In this document: positions 39,651 to 54,609 of the stretch, piece after piece
Layout: each line of letters starts with the position of its first letter
How positions within the stretch are numbered: position 1 is the stretch's first letter
NCBI GenBank assembly: GCA_951406725.2
Contig: OX597832.1
Span: 66,588,001 to 66,652,000 of the forward strand
Source: Octopus vulgaris
Lineage: Eukaryota
Direction: 5' to 3'
Length of the DNA stretch: 64,000 bases
Made by a program: the position numbers and the translations under genes
The notes under the pieces: generated by a model
Told to the model about the DNA's origin: nothing
What the model saw: the letters and a program-made list of their open reading frames with translations, nothing else
Databases searched by the model: none

Positions 39651-41294
39651 CGCATACATACACACAAACGCACACACATATACATATACAAGAAGAACGA
39701 GAGAGAGGGAGGATACGTTTTTGACCATACTGATATACGCATGTTTGATAATAAATTTTCATGTCCTTTCTGATGATGGATACATTTTTTCCTCATAATT
39801 TCCATAGTGCTGGACTTTCTTTGGAAAACTATTTACTGCCGTGCTGGTCTTTCTTTGTTGGTCTTTCTTTTGACAAACTACTTACATTTCTAGAATAATA
39901 ATACAGAAATAAACCAGCACAATAACTATAGACCCAAACTGAATACGTTCCCAAACAACATATATCTTCATGTCTACATTATACATCAGAAAGAAAACAC
40001 GTTCTGGAAGTTTCTATAATATATATTTAGAGTAGATGACCTTGAAATAGATGCAGCTTTGCCACCAAACAAAGTAGCTAGTTTCTGAAGAAGCATATTT
40101 AAAAACAGAAAATAGCATATACAGAAATGCAGCATTTATCAGAATAAATAAACTTGAAAATATCGACGCCAAACTGAAATGAAAGAAAAATATTTATGAA
40201 CTAGAATAATATGAATCACAATGATAGAAAGAGCGTTTACACAACAAAATATATTTGGAAAGAAAACAGAATCTAACTGAAACTTGGAGTTAGAAAAACG
40301 AACATAAAATGTCGAATCAACACTTCATCACAAAATGTTTAAATACAATTTGAGATGTGGAAGATCTAGAATTAACATTACTGAAAATTGGAAACCAGGA
40401 ATGGGGCAACATAGAAAGGATGAAAATAGCTAAAGAATTATAGGTGACAGACTATTTTGTTCAAAGAATGTGACAATATGCTCTCCAAAAGCTCCAAACG
40501 CAATGATTAAGATATAAGAACAATGTACCAAGAAATTCTGCGAATATAGATTTAATAGAAACAAATGCGAAAATCAATACCACTAGGATAAATTAACTAA
40601 TGTTTGCTGCCTCACCAATACTACCAAAGGAAAATTGTTACTTCATCAGAATTGTTTATCACCTAGAAGTGTCTTTTACCAAGCATGCAACATGAAAAAT
40701 CAAAATGTTCACGTAAACACCGACCGCAAAACAAGAGATGGCTCAATTATTTATAAGATCATCTATGAAAAGACTCGAATGAAAAATGGCGAAAGAGATA
40801 AACTTCTCAGAAATAAAACATAAAGATATAATGATGAAAAAAACATAGAGAACAAATGCAACACGAATACCAGATGGGTGGATGTCTGTAAGGGGAGATT
40901 ATATATCGTGACAGGATTTCCTGCAAATAGAATTTTAACTCAAATGAAAATGAAAAAAGAAGAAAAAGTAGATAAACATTTTATGTGTAAATAAACAACA
41001 TTATCGCAAAATACAGAAGGCAGATTGCAGCTGAGAATAATTAGAAAGTTCTTATTAGTAAATCTAACAACTATTCACTAAGTCCTAGCAAAATAGTTCA
41101 ATACTGTACAGAGAAAAATACACACTGCCACACACACAAACTGCTTCAGCTGATGTCGACGACATGGAGGAAAACTTATAAGATTATGGCACAATACCAT
41201 GCACTATAATATAGATACAAACAATTATTTTTACCTGTTTATGCATGATGGTATGCATACGACGTGCATATGTGTAGTTAAGCGTTAGTAATAT

Positions 41295-41456
41295 TCTTTC
41301 CTACTCTAGGAACAAGGCCTGAAAGTTTGGGAGAGGGTGCCAAAAGGATGAAAGCAAGTCGACCACGGCGAAATTTGAATTCAGAATGTAAAGACAAACG
41401 AAATATCGCTAAGTATTTCACCCGGCGAGCTAACAATTCTGCCGCTTGTCGCCTTA
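41295..41456 (-). mobile_element. tRNA-derived SINE (family of 51580), internally deleted
   Basis: Reverse complement GGCGACAAGCGGCAGAATTGTTAGC...TTCTGAATTCAAATT..GTCGAC. Confidence 0.75.
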
Positions 41457-43058
41457 AATTGTCAGTACCATTAAAGAAATAGTAAATTGTCATTTGGATT
41501 AATATGTTTCCATTATAATATACAGGGTGTTATATATGGTATTTACAGTTATAGAATATAATAACCAAAATGAACAAGTTAGTAGATGTTGTGGTGTTGG
41601 TATTTTTGCTCAAAAATTCCGATATTACTGAGGTGGTATATTCATCTGGTATAAGACCTAGAAGTTTGAACAAAATGCTTCCCATTGATTTATTTAGGCG
41701 CAATGTCAGAGTAGTTTGATCGTTCTAAGTATGTTGGCAATGCTGGAATCTTCCAGCTATATTATACATCAAAGCGAAGCAAAGCAGATTATTTGAAGGA
41801 AGATTAAAATTGACGACAAATATCATGTGATTGAGCAAATACTGATGATGTAATTTAGTAGAATCTCTTGAAAAAATATCAAGAGACGCCAGAGGAATTA
41901 GTCGCATCACGCAGTGCTTCCCGTATTTAATTAATTTAACTGACAGGAAAATTATGCAGCAAGTATGAATATATAAAATAATTCGTTACGTCATAAATTC
42001 ATAGAATAAATGTCAAAATTTATTGAGAAACGCTGGATTCATCAGAATGACTCACATCAAGCCTTTGCCCCGAATGCTTTTGAACAATCACATGAATACT
42101 AACCTTTGTGAGTGGCAAGTTCCAAAATTTAACTAATTATAATTCTTTCAATGCTTTCCTTTACTGATGAGGTCCAATAATACGGAAAAACGTCACGGGT
42201 CATCTCATATTGAATACCCATCAAACTCTCCGACGACTCTATTTCATATTTAATTAACTATAATTAAACGTTTAGGTCTCTCGTATATTTTGAACAACAT
42301 TTATGATCTACAAGCAAATCCTTTCATATTATTAAATAGAAAATTTAAATTAATATGTTTGGAGATAATTATGTTGGCATCTATTTTACTAAGCAGAATC
42401 GCTTCAAATGTCTTAACAGTTAATCATTTAGCCACCTAAAACCAGTAGGCACATCTCCCTTAGAGTTCAATTTGCCGTCGTAAAACAATAAAACAAGAGA
42501 TACAATGTTTAATACAAGATATCTCACTGAAATGAATGAATGGTGGTATCTGGTGTATATTTTATCAGAGCTTTTCTCAATTACGTTTGGCCTGGGAATA
42601 AACAACAACAAAAGCAACAAAGACGATGACGGCTACCCGAAATATTTGTTCATGAATATTGCCAATAAATTTGATCAGTCAATCACATGTGACTTTCATC
42701 ATAAACGATCAAGCAGAAAACTGCATTTTAGCGAATGAAGATATGAAATACACATAGATATTTCTTAACACCAGGGGAGTAGAGACTTTTTTTCAACACA
42801 ACAATGGAAAATGTAGTTCTAAACGAATTAAAACAGCACAATGAAATCATTTATCGCTATTTCATCTAAGTGTATCGTTGCATGATCGGCACATGGGAGT
42901 ATGATCAGCTATGTAATCCCTGAAATGATTCTAGAGCAAGAGAAAATGGCTATAAACTGTAATGGATTTCTGCATCTCACTGCTCATCTAACTCTTCTTC
43001 TCAATTTTACGCGACAATACCTACTGTACATCAGAGATGGAATTTTTTTCTCTTCCAG

Positions 43059-43076
43059 AGCAACATTTTCATGCAG
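43059..43076 (+). CDS. Candidate 18-nt microexon
   Basis: TTTTTTTCTCTTCCAG|AGCAACATTTTCATGCAG|GTAAAG, with an upstream CTAAC at ~42988; length is a multiple of 3. Confidence 0.4.
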
Positions 43077-43198
43077 GTAAAGTGACTTCAGCGGAAATTG
43101 AACACAAATCAATCTACCCGCAGTTTATATTGCAAAGTCAACAGATTTTTGTTGATTGAATAGCAGCCCTATATATATTAGTGCGTATATTATTATCT

Positions 43199-43249
<51 letters not shown>

Positions 43250-43956
43250 TTATAGTGATGAAGGAGAAGAAAACAAATGCCAAGGGTAAAAACGAACGGT
43301 CATTAAGGACGATTTCCAGCATCGTTAGTTAAATTTCTTGTAGTTGATCTACGGAAAAACGGACCAAAAATTTGAGTTAGATTGTGAGATGGGCGCAGGT
43401 TAGAGACGCCAAAAATGTACTACGCGTTGTTGTTTGCATTACATGCAATGTCGACTAACGTCAGAATATTTATTCTAGCTGGTTTGTACGATCTTTCGGA
43501 AACTAGCAGTTTTTTAAATTACTTTTGGAGTTTATTCATACAGTTATAAGGAGTATTGGAGGGTTACATTTTTATTGAATCATGTGACACTGATAGTTAA
43601 ATTTCAATAAGCTGTCTTAAGTGTGTAAATTATATATTCAAAAGTGCTTCAAAATTAATTGCAAGGGAATTATATATGTCGTCATTTGATGGTGGCATAG
43701 ATTTTAGAGGTTAATATATATATTATTCAACGTAGATGATGGGTATTAGTTCAAACTACTACGGATTTTACAACTTTTTATATACAAGTTTTCTTTCACA
43801 TATGTTACGTGCACATGCATATGATTGCACACATATATATGTGTGTGCGTGTGTTTAACTGGATAAATATGCTTTTACATTTGCACATCTGGTAAGATCA
43901 CAGTACTTGCACACGCATTTGTGCAAGTTTATGTTTACTAGTGGATAATTTATTGA

Positions 43957-44030
<74 letters not shown>

Positions 44031-44221
44031 GCTCACGCACACACACAAATATATATACCTATATATACATATATACATGTATACATCCATACACATATAT
44101 ATATATATCATATATATATTTATATATATACACGTGCATATACATATATATGTATAATATATACATTTATGTGTATACTTATATATATCTATATATATCT
44201 CTCTTTCTCTCTCTCTCTCTC

Positions 44222-44263
<42 letters not shown>

Positions 44264-44280
44264 CATACAGATATATACAG
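43957..44280. repeat. Compound (TA)n/(CA)n/(TC)n microsatellite field (similar fields at 33318-33400, 35585-35812, 46915-47250, 50350-50700, 59555-59690, 63558-63740)
   Basis: Direct reading; source of the many YIYI ORFs. Confidence 0.95.
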
Positions 44281-45152
44281 GTACACACAGCTACTTAAAA
44301 ATGTACGCATACATGTACACATCTGGATATATTTATACATATATATCCATACGATGGTGTTAGCGAATCTCAGAAAGTTCATCCACGCTATAAAATGTAT
44401 GTGACGAACAAATACTTGTAGAAAACAAGTGAATATATACGCAGCTGAGAAATAATAAATTATTTATACAGAACGAACTCATTGCCACTGCTTGCTTTTC
44501 ATTCAGAAATTCCAATCTGAAAAGATATATTCCCGAGACGAATTAAATTAAGCAATCCCCTCTAAGCTCTTTATAGCGATTCTGTGGTATATTCGAGCTA
44601 GTTAATCTTATGTCATAGAAGCCCTCAGAGAATTTTAATTTCTCATATGAGATTCTTACTGAAATTGTGTATTACATTCACGAATTCACCCTATAAGTAC
44701 AGATATACTAAAATTTCTGAGGGAAGGTCAATATATAAATACATATGTATTAATACACACGCAAGCACACGGACATGTGCGCAGACATAGAAGCACACAG
44801 AAACACATACGCACACACTCAAATACACACAAACACAGATATAAACAGTGCGTGTAAAGGGGAACAGTAGAGTAAACATATTTAATCATGCGTTATGGTT
44901 CATGTACCAGTAAACAATCTGGAAACTTGAATGCATATACACATGTGCTTTTGTGTGTGCATGTGAAGGCGTGTACGAGTGCGTGCGTGAGCGTGTATGT
45001 GTGTGTCTGCATATAAATAAGCATGCATATATTTATTTGTACATTTATAGAGGCGATTAAGCAGATAAGCAAATAAAACAGCTTGGGTTTGGTATACAAT
45101 ATATATATATACGCATACATACAGACAGAAAGATTTTCACACGATGACTATT

Positions 45153-45206
<54 letters not shown>

Positions 45207-46379
45207 CGTCAAGGTAGAAAATTCTAAAATAATTTTATAAAAAAAACATTTCCATAACGGTTTCTGTCATCGCGATGTTTCAACTGTAAATATGAAAAAC
45301 AATTAAATTTTGTCAAAATTAAAAGATAAGACTTTTGAATGAATATTTACATAGTATACAAATGCAAGAGGTATTTTCTTGTTCCTACCTGTCTCTGTCT
45401 CTCTTGTTTATTCTTGTGGGTCCGAGGCCGTTATGAATTCTTGAATATCCCCTTCAACCGAGCAAAATGATATGTACTATAGTTTCTAATGCAAAAACCA
45501 GAAAAAATTTAAAAAATCAATGAATAATTCAGAACTTCTGCGACACTATCGATCTGCCAACAGTCATGCGGTTAGGTGAGCCTCTATTCGGTACCCCACA
45601 AAGCTTGAAAGAAGGACTAATTCCAGATTAAATCACTGTAATATGCCAGATAGAAATCTCTAAACAAATGTTACTATTGTTTACAAAATGTCTAATACAA
45701 AACAAAAACAATTTAACAAATGAATATCAAATAGAGTTCTGTAGTAATATGGTTTTAAGCAGGAAATGTCAGAGGCTTAATGCTTTTCGGAGTTATTCTA
45801 TTCTATAATTTCTATGCACATTTAGCAGCAACACTCTAGATTTGACTGCATGCGCAGTTCTGGGTCTTACATTATATTATATTCATCATTTGATAAACGC
45901 CAAAACATTTATTTTATTTCCCTGAATATAAAAGCTTATCAATAGTATATACCTTAACTATACTATGTTATCTTTTCGTGGTTGATGGAACAGATTATCA
46001 ATGATAGTGAGTGTTAGATTGCTTAACGGCTTTGAAGAATTCAATTGGAAGTTACTCTCCTCTAGATATTGTGATACAATGTATTGTAATTTTTATGAAA
46101 ATTGATCGCTTTTTTTCTGTGCGTGTGTGTTTTGCAAAGATAGTTTATTGTCATGACAACACAGGAAGAAGATTTTAAGGTTTGACGGAATCTGTTGTGC
46201 CTGTGAAAAAACAAGGGTGTATAATTACACCACTTTCCATTTCCACCGTGACAGATTATTTATTGAATCCGATACCCCTTTCATAAAATGAAATAACAGT
46301 AACAACAACAATAATAATAATGCGCTCTCACAGAATCTACCACAACAACCAAGACCGAACGGGCTGAGAAGTAACACAA

Positions 46380-46410
<31 letters not shown>

Positions 46411-46413
46411 CAC

Positions 46414-46444
<31 letters not shown>

Positions 46445-47117
46445 TTAATAATAGGGTGTCGGTGTCTCATCTGCCGTAGTAAAGGTGTTAATAAAAATAG
46501 TAACAGTCATATTTTCTTGTCCCTTCAGTCGCCTCTCATCGTTTTCAGAAAATGGACATTCTGTGCACGTGTAGTAAATCAGTACTATTTACTCTTCATA
46601 CCAAGTACCATACTGTTTCTGCTTCGCCAATTCTTTACTATCGTTGATAATTACGATGGAGATATTTCATTCTGTACAAAGTCTAGTGTAGTGATTAGGC
46701 GGGGTGTGGGCATAACGTATAATTAATTAATTAGCGGTTATTGATTTCTGATTCAAGCACGATGTTACAGATTTAAACAAGAATAATACATGAGATTGTT
46801 TGAGGTTATGCTGTGAGGGAAGCTCTCGAAAACACTCTAACTGTCAGCAAAATTAACAAAATTCTATACACAGTATAGAATCATAAATCCTTTCAGGCTT
46901 AATACTATATTGAATGGATATATGTATATGTCTGTCTGTCTATCTGTCTGTATGTATGTATGTACATATATATGTATTATATATGTGTGTGTGTTTATAT
47001 ATATATGTATATATATACGTATGTATGCGCGTATATATGTTTGTATGCATATATATGTATATGTATGGATTTATATATATATATGTATATGTATGGAATA
47101 TATATATATATATATAT

Positions 47118-47172
<55 letters not shown>

Positions 47173-47177
47173 CATAC

Positions 47178-47217
<40 letters not shown>

Positions 47218-49039
47218 CTGTAATTATGTATACGTGTATGCATATATATATAAGTGTGAAACATTCAATCAGTATTCAATCGTTAGATTGACACATGGCT
47301 GTTAGTAAATTACTGTGTAGATTTCCACTCACGCGCACACGTCTCCGAGATATGTATAGGTAAGTAGCAGACACAGAGTATTGTGTTATCTTCAACCATA
47401 GACCTATTGTTACATTATTACTCAAGCAATACACATAATGCCAGAGCGTAATATATTCCATTCTTTAAATTATGGCGATATTATTCACCATCCTGATCGA
47501 ATGCCATTCAATTATCATCACTCGTTTCCCGAAGCACAACTCCGTAGATGAGAAATATACAGTTCTCGATTCCTGGCATTCTTGTATTGTGCGACTTATA
47601 TATTTATCACAATCGGTCCCCATGAAATTTTGAAAATAAACGCAGGTTAATATTTTCTAAGAAAGGGGATGTTGAAGCCTCATGTAAGTTATTATTGTAA
47701 TCTAAATTGTCAATACAGACCGTTTGCCGTGACAGGCTACAGCAGGAGAAAGGCCACTTAGCGAACCACAAGTCATACTTTTAATGAAACTCCGTTTGAT
47801 AATGCGATATTGTATAGAGATACCTTATAAACATTTGCCTCGTGAAATTTTCGGGAGGTGACAATAAAATATGCGAATTTCTAATAGTTGCTACTTATAT
47901 CACAAGCTGTTGCACGATACAGTCACACATGCTATTATATCGAGCTAATGATATGGCTACTATGAGATTGATTGACCTCCTACAAATAGCAGCGAAATAT
48001 AATTTGAAGTCACACCAATTTTAGCTGCTGAATATTACGAGCTGGAAAATGTACAGCCAATCCGTTCAAGGTTCAAACGTAAATGCTACATAAGAAGTAT
48101 TTCATAACAAATCGATAGGTAAGGGAAAAAGGAACTGGGAGTAGGGAGAGAGAAAATAAGTGCTGAGAGAATAGTGTACGTTCAGTAAGGTTTGGTTGTG
48201 GTATATATATTACATAACTTCGGGGTTCAATAAAATACAGACTAATTATGTAAGGGGTTGATGTAACTGCTTTACACGCCCCGCTCAAATGGTTGGTCTG
48301 GTGCAGAAGTTTGAAATCATCAGGACCGTCATCACCAACCGCATTGTCAACATCACTATCATCACCACCACCACCAACAACAACAACAAGAACAACACTA
48401 CCAGCACCAGCACCACCACCATCATCATCACCATCATCTTTATTAGTATTATACATTATACTTTTTCATCCCAGCTTTTGTTGTAACCACTAGAACGGGC
48501 TTGCTGCCTGCTATCTGTTCTTTTCAAACATTTATTGCTTCTTTCTCAATAAACACTCTATCTGGTTTCCTGTTCTCTATATCATGGTCACACCGAATCG
48601 TAAACTCCCATAGGATATTTGCATTATCATTTTCGATGATGCCTTCGGGATTAGGTTCGTAGCACACAAACACTTGTCACGAAGTGTGCTGTTAATTTCA
48701 CAACACTCAGTTTTCAACTCAAGTTTAAAAAAGAAAAACACGTTAACATGTTTTCTCGAATTAGAAAAATAATTACAGGGAGATATTATAATAAAATAAT
48801 TGTCACTAGATGATTAGATAATAATATGTAACGCAAAGCTAACAGAAATTACAATACGGTAAACTTCTATAGTATTTAATTTGAGATGAATGCAACAATT
48901 AGTTAGTGACGCCAAATCCTTATATGCATATTTACACAAATACACATATGTGAACACATATACACACGCTCACCCATACACCTATCTATTTATCTCTCTA
49001 TCTAGCTCTCTCATTCTCCTCCCCCTCTCTCTATTTATG

Positions 49040-49083
<44 letters not shown>

Positions 49084-49575
49084 CATCTTTATATATCTAC
49101 ACAATCACACACAGACACACATGCATACATACATATGAGTTTATGATGGTTCAACGGAAGTTTTAAATTACAGGAGTCAATACAAATGTAAAATATTCCT
49201 TTATACAGTATAATGTATAAAAGAATGTTATACACTCTGATCACCCATACTTAGCGTTGCTCCTTTCCGATCTTCAGCTAGTGAACCGAGCCTGATTATG
49301 TATAGAAATATCCACTTTAGCAATATTCTTGAAATATAACATAAAAGTTTGTTGGAAACGCCTATCCTTAGGTTCTTTCTTTTGAAAACTTTTGTGGATG
49401 ACAAATAGGAAAATGGCTGTTTGAAAGCCACGTGCTTGATTATATTTTTTCTTACTTGTTAACGTAGTAATAATAATATCATTGAACACATCATAACGCT
49501 ATACAATCATAATCATGAAACTGCGTGGCTGCTTAAGCCATGTGGAAAATGATACTTGTAATCATACTTGTAATC

Positions 49576-49622
<47 letters not shown>

Positions 49623-49757
49623 AAATATATATATATATGTAAATATAATATATACATATATGTACATAGATAAATATATACATGTATATATACACACGTA
49701 TACACACAAAAAAACACACCGCACACACACATACTTATTTATATGTTGATAGATAAA

Positions 49758-49915
49758 AAACGGGCTTCTTTCAGTTTCCGTTTACCAATTCCCCTCACAA
49801 GACTTTAGCAGGCTTCACCTTATGCTAGAAGGCGACATTTGATCAAGGGGCCATGCAGTTTCACAGAACCTGGAACTAAGTGATTTGGAGACAAAGTTCT
49901 TACCTCACAGCCACG
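49758..49915 (-). mobile_element. Degraded 5' half of the tRNA-derived SINE (39162 family)
   Basis: GGGCTTCTTTCAGTTTCCG..CTCACAAG..GAACCTGGAAC..CTTACC.CACAGCCAC. Confidence 0.7.
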
Positions 49916-50376
49916 CATATATTTGTGTGTGTGTGAGTATACTAAGACATTTGTATGGGGAGACTATTATATAATTAAATTAATCATAAAGTAACGGTGA
50001 ACATTGGAGACTGATGCATCACTGTAAATTCATTAGAAGTAATTTCGTCTTAAGAGTTTTTGAACAAATGTTCCACTAATTCTCATGTCTGACCTCTATT
50101 GACATCCGCAACTTTTTCTTGGACGTGTCAATTCAAGAAATGATTTTGCCACCGACAACATTACTCGTCAGGAAATAAGCTTTGTTTTTCATTTAGAATA
50201 AACAACACGCTGGTAAGCCGTCTCATGCAATCTGTCCGTCTACCTCGCATTCACTCGCATTTTATATAGAGATATATACATGTATGTATCAATACGCACA
50301 TGTATTTTGTATTTATGCTTGTAGTTACGTTTATATTTATTTATTTACGTGTGCATGTGTTTATATATATATATAC

Positions 50377-50421
<45 letters not shown>

Positions 50422-50455
50422 CATACATATATACATACATACATGCATACATACT

Positions 50456-50500
<45 letters not shown>

Positions 50501-51373
50501 GTCAATATTTACTTTAGTGAGCATATGCAATTACACGTTCGTGTTTATAGACGTGAATATATATATATTTATGTATACACACACAAACACACGCACACAT
50601 ACATGTATATATATATATATGAGTGTATATGTGCGTGTGTATATATATATATATATATGTATTCATATATATACATATATATTCATATATAAGTGTATAG
50701 CTCTGTGCATGTGTACATGCGTTATGTGTATTCGAACATATGCACATATGCATACGAATCTCTGTTGCAATCGTTTGTTTGAATGCAAAACGAACTTCTC
50801 CCATTTTGCTATTTCGGTAAAGTGACAAATATAATTTACATTAAAGAAGAAGAAATAAGACCAAATGAAATACTGAAGCTAAAACTAACGAAAATATTCG
50901 ACAACACTAATAGTAAGAAGAGATGAAAACAAAAAAAATTCTAGTCTTGATTTCAATATAAAAACCGCTAAAATAAATAAACAAAGAAAAACATTATAAA
51001 ATATCTATAAAAAAATTGTAATGCTTAAGCAGCCGTGAAACTTCTAATTAGTCGAATGATTAATATTCCTTGAAATAATTAGAATATTTCTTGCTAACGA
51101 ATTTTCTCTTATATATTGTTTATTTATTTTCGGTCTACTACTTTTTTTTCTTTTCTAGAATGCTCTGCAGTTTTCCTTTTCTTCTGTGTTACGCCGCAAT
51201 TAGCGCTTCTTCTAACAATCTATTTTGCTGGAGTTACCATTATTGTTCTGGAATTAGCAATTAATAAAGCAGTAAGAGGAAAAGTCGGTTTTTTTTGTCA
51301 CCATTTTTTAGTTTGCTCTTATACGTCTTCATTTTTCCCTGTTGCTGTCTCAATATTTTCCTGTTTGTTTACT

Positions 51374-51890
<517 letters not shown>

Positions 51891-51904
51891 TTATTCATAT
51901 ACAA

Positions 51905-52545
51905 TCAACAGTTTAGACCTTTGGAAAATATAAGACTCCTAACATCGGGCTACAAAAAGTAGACTTAGATGCCAAGAACCCTCCTATTGGATTACAGCAA
52001 TATCCTAAGTATCCTAGCTATCTCTAATAACTCTGATTTTCGTAGCTGTACTTAACTGAGTGTTATGCTAATTTCTTCTAGCCATCTAGTCTGGTCTTTA
52101 GGAATAGTTCCCCACACACCTATAACTACTGGGATACGTTTTACTCGCACAGTTCATAGTCTCTGTAATGCAATAGCTGGATCCTGGTACTATCCTATTT
52201 ATTCATATTTCTCTTATTAATCGTTTCATCTTTTGCTACACTAAAGTCAATTATCTGACTCTACTACTACTACTACTACTACTACTGCCACCAAATATGG
52301 CCTTCTAGCTTCTATTTCTCTTTCAGTCTGAATGCTACAGTCGCACAAAATCTTATATTCCTTACTTTCTAATACTTTACTAGATTCATGGTCATACCAT
52401 TTATCAGTATGTTCGAATCCTACCCTTCTACAAAGCTCCCAATTGATTGTTCTCCCTAGATTGTCATGTTATTTCTTGTAATCTTTCTGTGCCACCATGT
52501 TACATTCACTTAGTATATGAATAGTGCTTTCCTCTTTTGATTTAA
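51905..52545 (-). mobile_element. Old R4/Dong 3' fragment (CCHC + RLE)
   Basis: Minus remnants ESTIHILSECNMVAQKDYK, HDNLGRTINWELC, KWYDHE, ILCDCSIQTEREIEARRP and IPVVIGVWGT. Confidence 0.8.
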
Positions 52546-52639
52546 ATAATCTACGTTGTGAATCTACTTGCTTTTTCTCTATCTTCTCTTTTATCCAAAT
52601 AGTCCTCAATGCTTGATCTTATGCAGTAGAGATATAGCG

Positions 52640-54070
52640 ACGGGCGTGTTGATAAATTCTTCAATGTCATGCACAAATTTAGCGTTGTCAGAGATAGGGC
52701 ACGTGCGCTAATAAATGAGCGAATGAAAGCAGTTCGATAGACACGAGTCATGAAATGTAGAAACAGAGACTCTGCTCGGTCTTTGATGGGCCAGGGCTTG
52801 TGCATGCTACACAAGTCCATGTGTGCGGAATTGCAGCGGCATCTTGATGAAATATATGACAGTTGCGGTGTTTCGGAGATGGAGGTAGATTTCACATCCT
52901 ACCTTGATAGCATGCCGATAACATTCAAAGCCATACGGTATGCGATGCCAGGCTGCTCAAGGCAAAAGTCTCCAAGGCTGGATGGTCTGCACTTTTAACT
53001 TTATCTCTATATAACATACTTATTCGGTGATCTCTTGGCGGATATCTACGACAACTGGCAGCACAGTGGAAGAATTCCCAGTGCCTTGAACCTTATGGTG
53101 GAGATGGTAATAAGAAAGGACCCAAAGAAGGGGGACCAATAGATAATTTTAGGCTCGTAATTCTGCTATACGCAGATTACAAGATTTTGTCCTAGGAAGA
53201 GGTTGGCACTCGTCGTCGATAAACGTGTCGGTAAGGTGAAAACATGCAGTATTTCAACACGAAAACCTCAAACCCACGCGTTACATCATAGACATGCCAT
53301 GTATACCTGGAGGCTGTTCCATACTGGAGTTTTATGGGAGAATAGAGGCGGGTAAAAGCGATGACGTACTCAGGGAGACACTGGGCGTCATTTAGCTGGT
53401 CATTACGGGATGACACTCGGGCAGGGACGTCTGAATAATTTCAAAAAAATCCTAACCTTGTATTCTAACTGGAGTGCTCTTCTAGATCGAGGTCAGCACT
53501 AGAGGCGGCATGAACGGCGCTGTGACACGGACTCATCCGAGATGTGCTCTGGGTGTTGAAACTTCTCCATGTTGAGTATTGTCAAAAAGCTAATGACGCG
53601 CGTAGGACGGGTTCGATTATGGGCAAAGTCACTTCATCTTTTTTTGGTTAGGAAGGGAAGGTAAATTTGCTCTGCTTGGGGGAAAGGTAGTGTGATGAAA
53701 GAGGTTGAAAGAACTGAAGAGATGTACTCTCCTCTTCATCCAAGCTCTCATCAAATGCTTCAGGTTTCGAAGGAAAGTGAGGATGGAGAGGAAAGTGCAA
53801 CCTCGCCAGAAATTTTGCTGAAAATTAGGTGAATGTGATGATGTGGCCTTAACTGAAGAAAGGCTTCTAAAGAAGAGTTGAGAAGAAGACAGGCGCCTGT
53901 TCGATGTGTTTTGGCGGTTACAGTTACTCCATACTTTGGGGGATTTTTATTCTTAAAAATCATCTGATATTGTTTGATTATATATACGTCTTATTGAATT
54001 AAACCCCACTTTTCCATTAAGTTGTATTGTTCCTATATATTTTATTTGGGCCCTTGTGGCTATTACAAAA
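52640..54070 (+). mobile_element. Degraded, internally deleted L1/Tx1-clade LINE
   Basis: KSPRLDGL.F..Y and KKGDQIDNFRLVILLYADYKILS (KSPGLDG / NWRPI.LLN.DYKIL motifs); ends before an (ATT)n tract; boundaries approximate. Confidence 0.72.
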
Positions 54071-54074
54071 TTAT

Positions 54075-54094
54075 TATTAATATTATTATTATTA

Positions 54095-54192
<98 letters not shown>
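54075..54192. repeat. (ATT)n microsatellite
   Basis: Direct reading. Confidence 0.95.
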
Positions 54193-54269
54193 TATCTATT
54201 TTTTCATTGTTTTTGCACAGCTTCTAACACTGGTGATGTACTACGCCGCCAAAGAACTAAGGTAACACC

Positions 54270-54545
54270 TCTTACTTTTCGAGCACCATCCTCTTTATAA
54301 CCTCCTCCGACGGTATCGGTAGCCCTTCCATACATTTTATTTTGCCTCTCTTCCAGTCTGACACACCACAATTTTTCAGTTCGAAGTCCATTCCGTTATC
54401 AGCACTGAAGGTATACAACGTATCAACGACAGAACTAACTTGGGATTCATCTTTACCATAAAGTTTGATGTCATCCATGAATAACAAGTGGTTGAATTTT
54501 TGTTGGCGGCTTTTGAATAATAACCAGGCTTTGCTTTCCTCAGAA
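54270..54545 (-). mobile_element. R4/Dong RT fragment containing the catalytic motif
   Basis: NHLLFMDDIKLYGK..FSADNGMDFELKNC (ORF 54272..54568). Confidence 0.8.
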
Positions 54546-54609
54546 TCAGTGTTAGTTGTATGTTTCACAGTACAAAAATTTGTTAATTCAAAATTATTAT
54601 TATTATTAT

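Noticed and set aside
39900-41250. A-rich stretch resembling a decayed retroelement ORF (possibly PLE)
   Set aside because: No motif could be read with confidence; tBLASTx would be needed
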